A DNA stretch of 64,000 nt from Hydrolagus colliei (lineage: Eukaryota), in the NCBI GenBank assembly GCA_035084275.1, contig CM068750.1, forward strand, positions 9,858,001-9,922,000. The letters are read 5' to 3'. Of this stretch, positions 61,901 through 64,000 are shown piece after piece; the stretch's first letter is position 1; each line of letters opens with the position of its first letter. Below the pieces are notes generated by a model. It had not been told where the DNA came from and made no database searches. It saw only the letters and a list, made by a program, of their open reading frames with translations. The position numbers were made by a program, and so were the translations under genes.

Positions 61901-64000
61901 ATGGAGATGGGGCTTTGGGGATCAGGGCCATGCATAGGAGGGGTGGAGATAAAGTCCACAGTACGGTAAGCTTGTGATGGCCTCTTCTTTGTGCTTTTGA
62001 TTCTGTTTCATTGTAATATTTCTGGCAAACATGTAACAGGAATATTCTTCTTCTTGCTTTCGGGGGAAGGCTGCTCATTTTAAACATGTGTCCAATTGCT
62101 TTGCTGAACACAAATCTACAAGCTGAAAGACATTGCCATTTGTTATGATTTCTGTGCGGTTTGCGTACCAGCATAATAAATACCCAACTACTTTGCTCAA
62201 AGATTTAGTGAGGAATGCAAGAGTAATGATTAACAGCAGCTTTCTTCAGGATGGTTCTCCCCGGTCCCTTATAGCCTGCTCATTACAGATTCCTGCTGTG
62301 GGCTCAAATGTATTTCCAGATTTTCACCATACTAAAGGTTAAGCAGGTGTCTGCTTATAGTGGCCGCCTGCCTATTATAATCACCTGATTGCAGCCTGGT
62401 CAATTTGGTTAATTGCAATTTTGGACCAACTTTTCAACATGTCAATTGGACTTGACTACCATGATGTCTTGTTGCCATTCACCTGTTTCCCTGGTGCAAG
62501 TTCTAATATTGTTTGTGCTGTTTAAAATAATACGGTTGCTCAGTGGAATTTCTTAACGCTTAAATCATTTTTCCTTCAAACATAGAGTAAGTGCCTTTCT
62601 TTTGTTTATTTGAACTTAGATAAATAAACAGATAAGTTTGCTTACTTTAGAGCATTGAGCCCTTTCAGTTTTCACTGAGCTGACACTGTAAGTAGGTTGA
62701 GCTAGAGGAATTAAAGGTGATGTTCATGTTAAGTATAATTCAGAACTTTTGATTTTATTTTGAATCAAATGTTTTCAGCTTAATGTTTTATGTTTTAATG
62801 GTAACTTAAGTGTGTTGCAAGAGTGATTCTCATCAGTACAGAGGGAAAGCTGTACTGTATTGCAAATTTGATTCAGAACAAATGGCAAGATATTAATGTG
62901 ATCATTTTTAAGTCAAATGCTTGCTTGTGTTTTTTAACTAAATTCCCCATGAAGCAATTATTAAACACTGCAATGATAAAAGTGGAGGGTAACTAGAAAT
63001 GTGTTATGTGGAGTGGAGAGACGTTTATCCAATTGGTATGATGTTAAATCTGAGTCCTAATGCATACTAAAAATGGGGCATTACAAATTGTCCAGTGAGG
63101 TAAGGGCAATTCTCAATTTCAAGGCATAATGAGGAGATTTAAGTGATGACTATTCACGTTGTGTGACAAATTCTCACTTGGGTTGTGTTTTATTTCATGC
63201 TTTGCTATAGTCGCAGAGAAAGGAGTTCGCAGCCAGAACCATTGCTGTTTTCCCCTCTTTTACCCATTTGAGCACTCTTCTCTAATTGCAGTAATTCTTT
63301 TTAATTTTTAACAGAAGTTTGGAAGTCATTGTAAACAACACTAAAGGTTAGTTATTCCACTCAACAGAACATAAAGGAAATCATGTGAAAGAAATTACTG
63401 AGCAATTTGATAATGACCATTGGTCAGCTGTTCTTCATTTTGTTTCACTTTACCACATTGCTTTATGAGTCTTGGGGTCTTGGTATTGATGAGAGAGCAT
63501 TGTTACAGTCGTAGTTGTGCTGAACCTTTTTTGGGGGTGTGGGGCGGGCAAGAGTTGCGCATGGAATCTTGGCAATGGTAACAAGGCAATAGTTTCTTTA
63601 AATAAAACTGTGTATTTTAAAAAAATGTGACCACTGTTTAAAAATTCAGTTGAAGGCCTAAAACTACTGTTGATCCTGCACATCAAAACCTGTGTCCCAC
63701 TAGTAAGCAAACGTGTTGGTTTGTTAAAGTGTCTACACACTGTCATCGCCTCAGCTTTATAAACCACAGATCTCAAACCCTTGATAAAGTCCCAAACATA
63801 ATAAACAACTGTTTTTTTTAACGTTTATCAGATGGGCAGTTAAAGCACTGTAAGATTTGATTAACTGATAGTCGCTCAGTGAAAAAGCAGAGACCGTGAG
63901 GCGGAATTATCTGTGGATTGTACTTTGGTGACTGGAATCCAGCAAATGCTGGCAATGCAGAACGTTTTAAGGCTATTTCATCTGTCTCACTTCACATCTG

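Noticed and set aside
40520-64000. A second protein-coding gene upstream of CDIN1
   Set aside because: No ORF or splice-bounded segment resembles a protein I recognise other than CR1 remnants. Very small exons cannot be fully excluded by eye.

Overview
This is AT-rich vertebrate genomic DNA, not prokaryotic. The repeat content (CR1 LINEs, tRNA-head/Deu-domain SINEs with L2-type tails, SacSINE1-like and AmnSINE2-like copies) points to a cartilaginous fish, possibly a chimaera; that assignment is inference. The only protein-coding gene I can support is CDIN1 (C15orf41, CDAN1-interacting nuclease 1) on the minus strand. I reconstructed coding exons 1-8 by eye (101, 46, 65, 61, 73, 80, 50 and 68 bp, all GT-AG). 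They splice in frame to 181 aa: [181 protein letters not shown]. The remaining 3' exons lie beyond the left edge, and 40.5-64 kb is apparently gene-free upstream DNA. The best observations are a U12-type (minor spliceosome) intron 7, a uORF whose stop overlaps the CDIN1 ATG, six short N-runs that may be masked ultraconserved enhancers, a minisatellite that may be mobile, and perfect hairpins at retroelement junctions. I found no evidence for a novel multi-gene system. Nearly all ORFs in the track are chance, repeat or N-run artefacts. Comparisons to human CDIN1 and to repeat consensus sequences are from memory, not database searches, and repeat boundaries are approximate.
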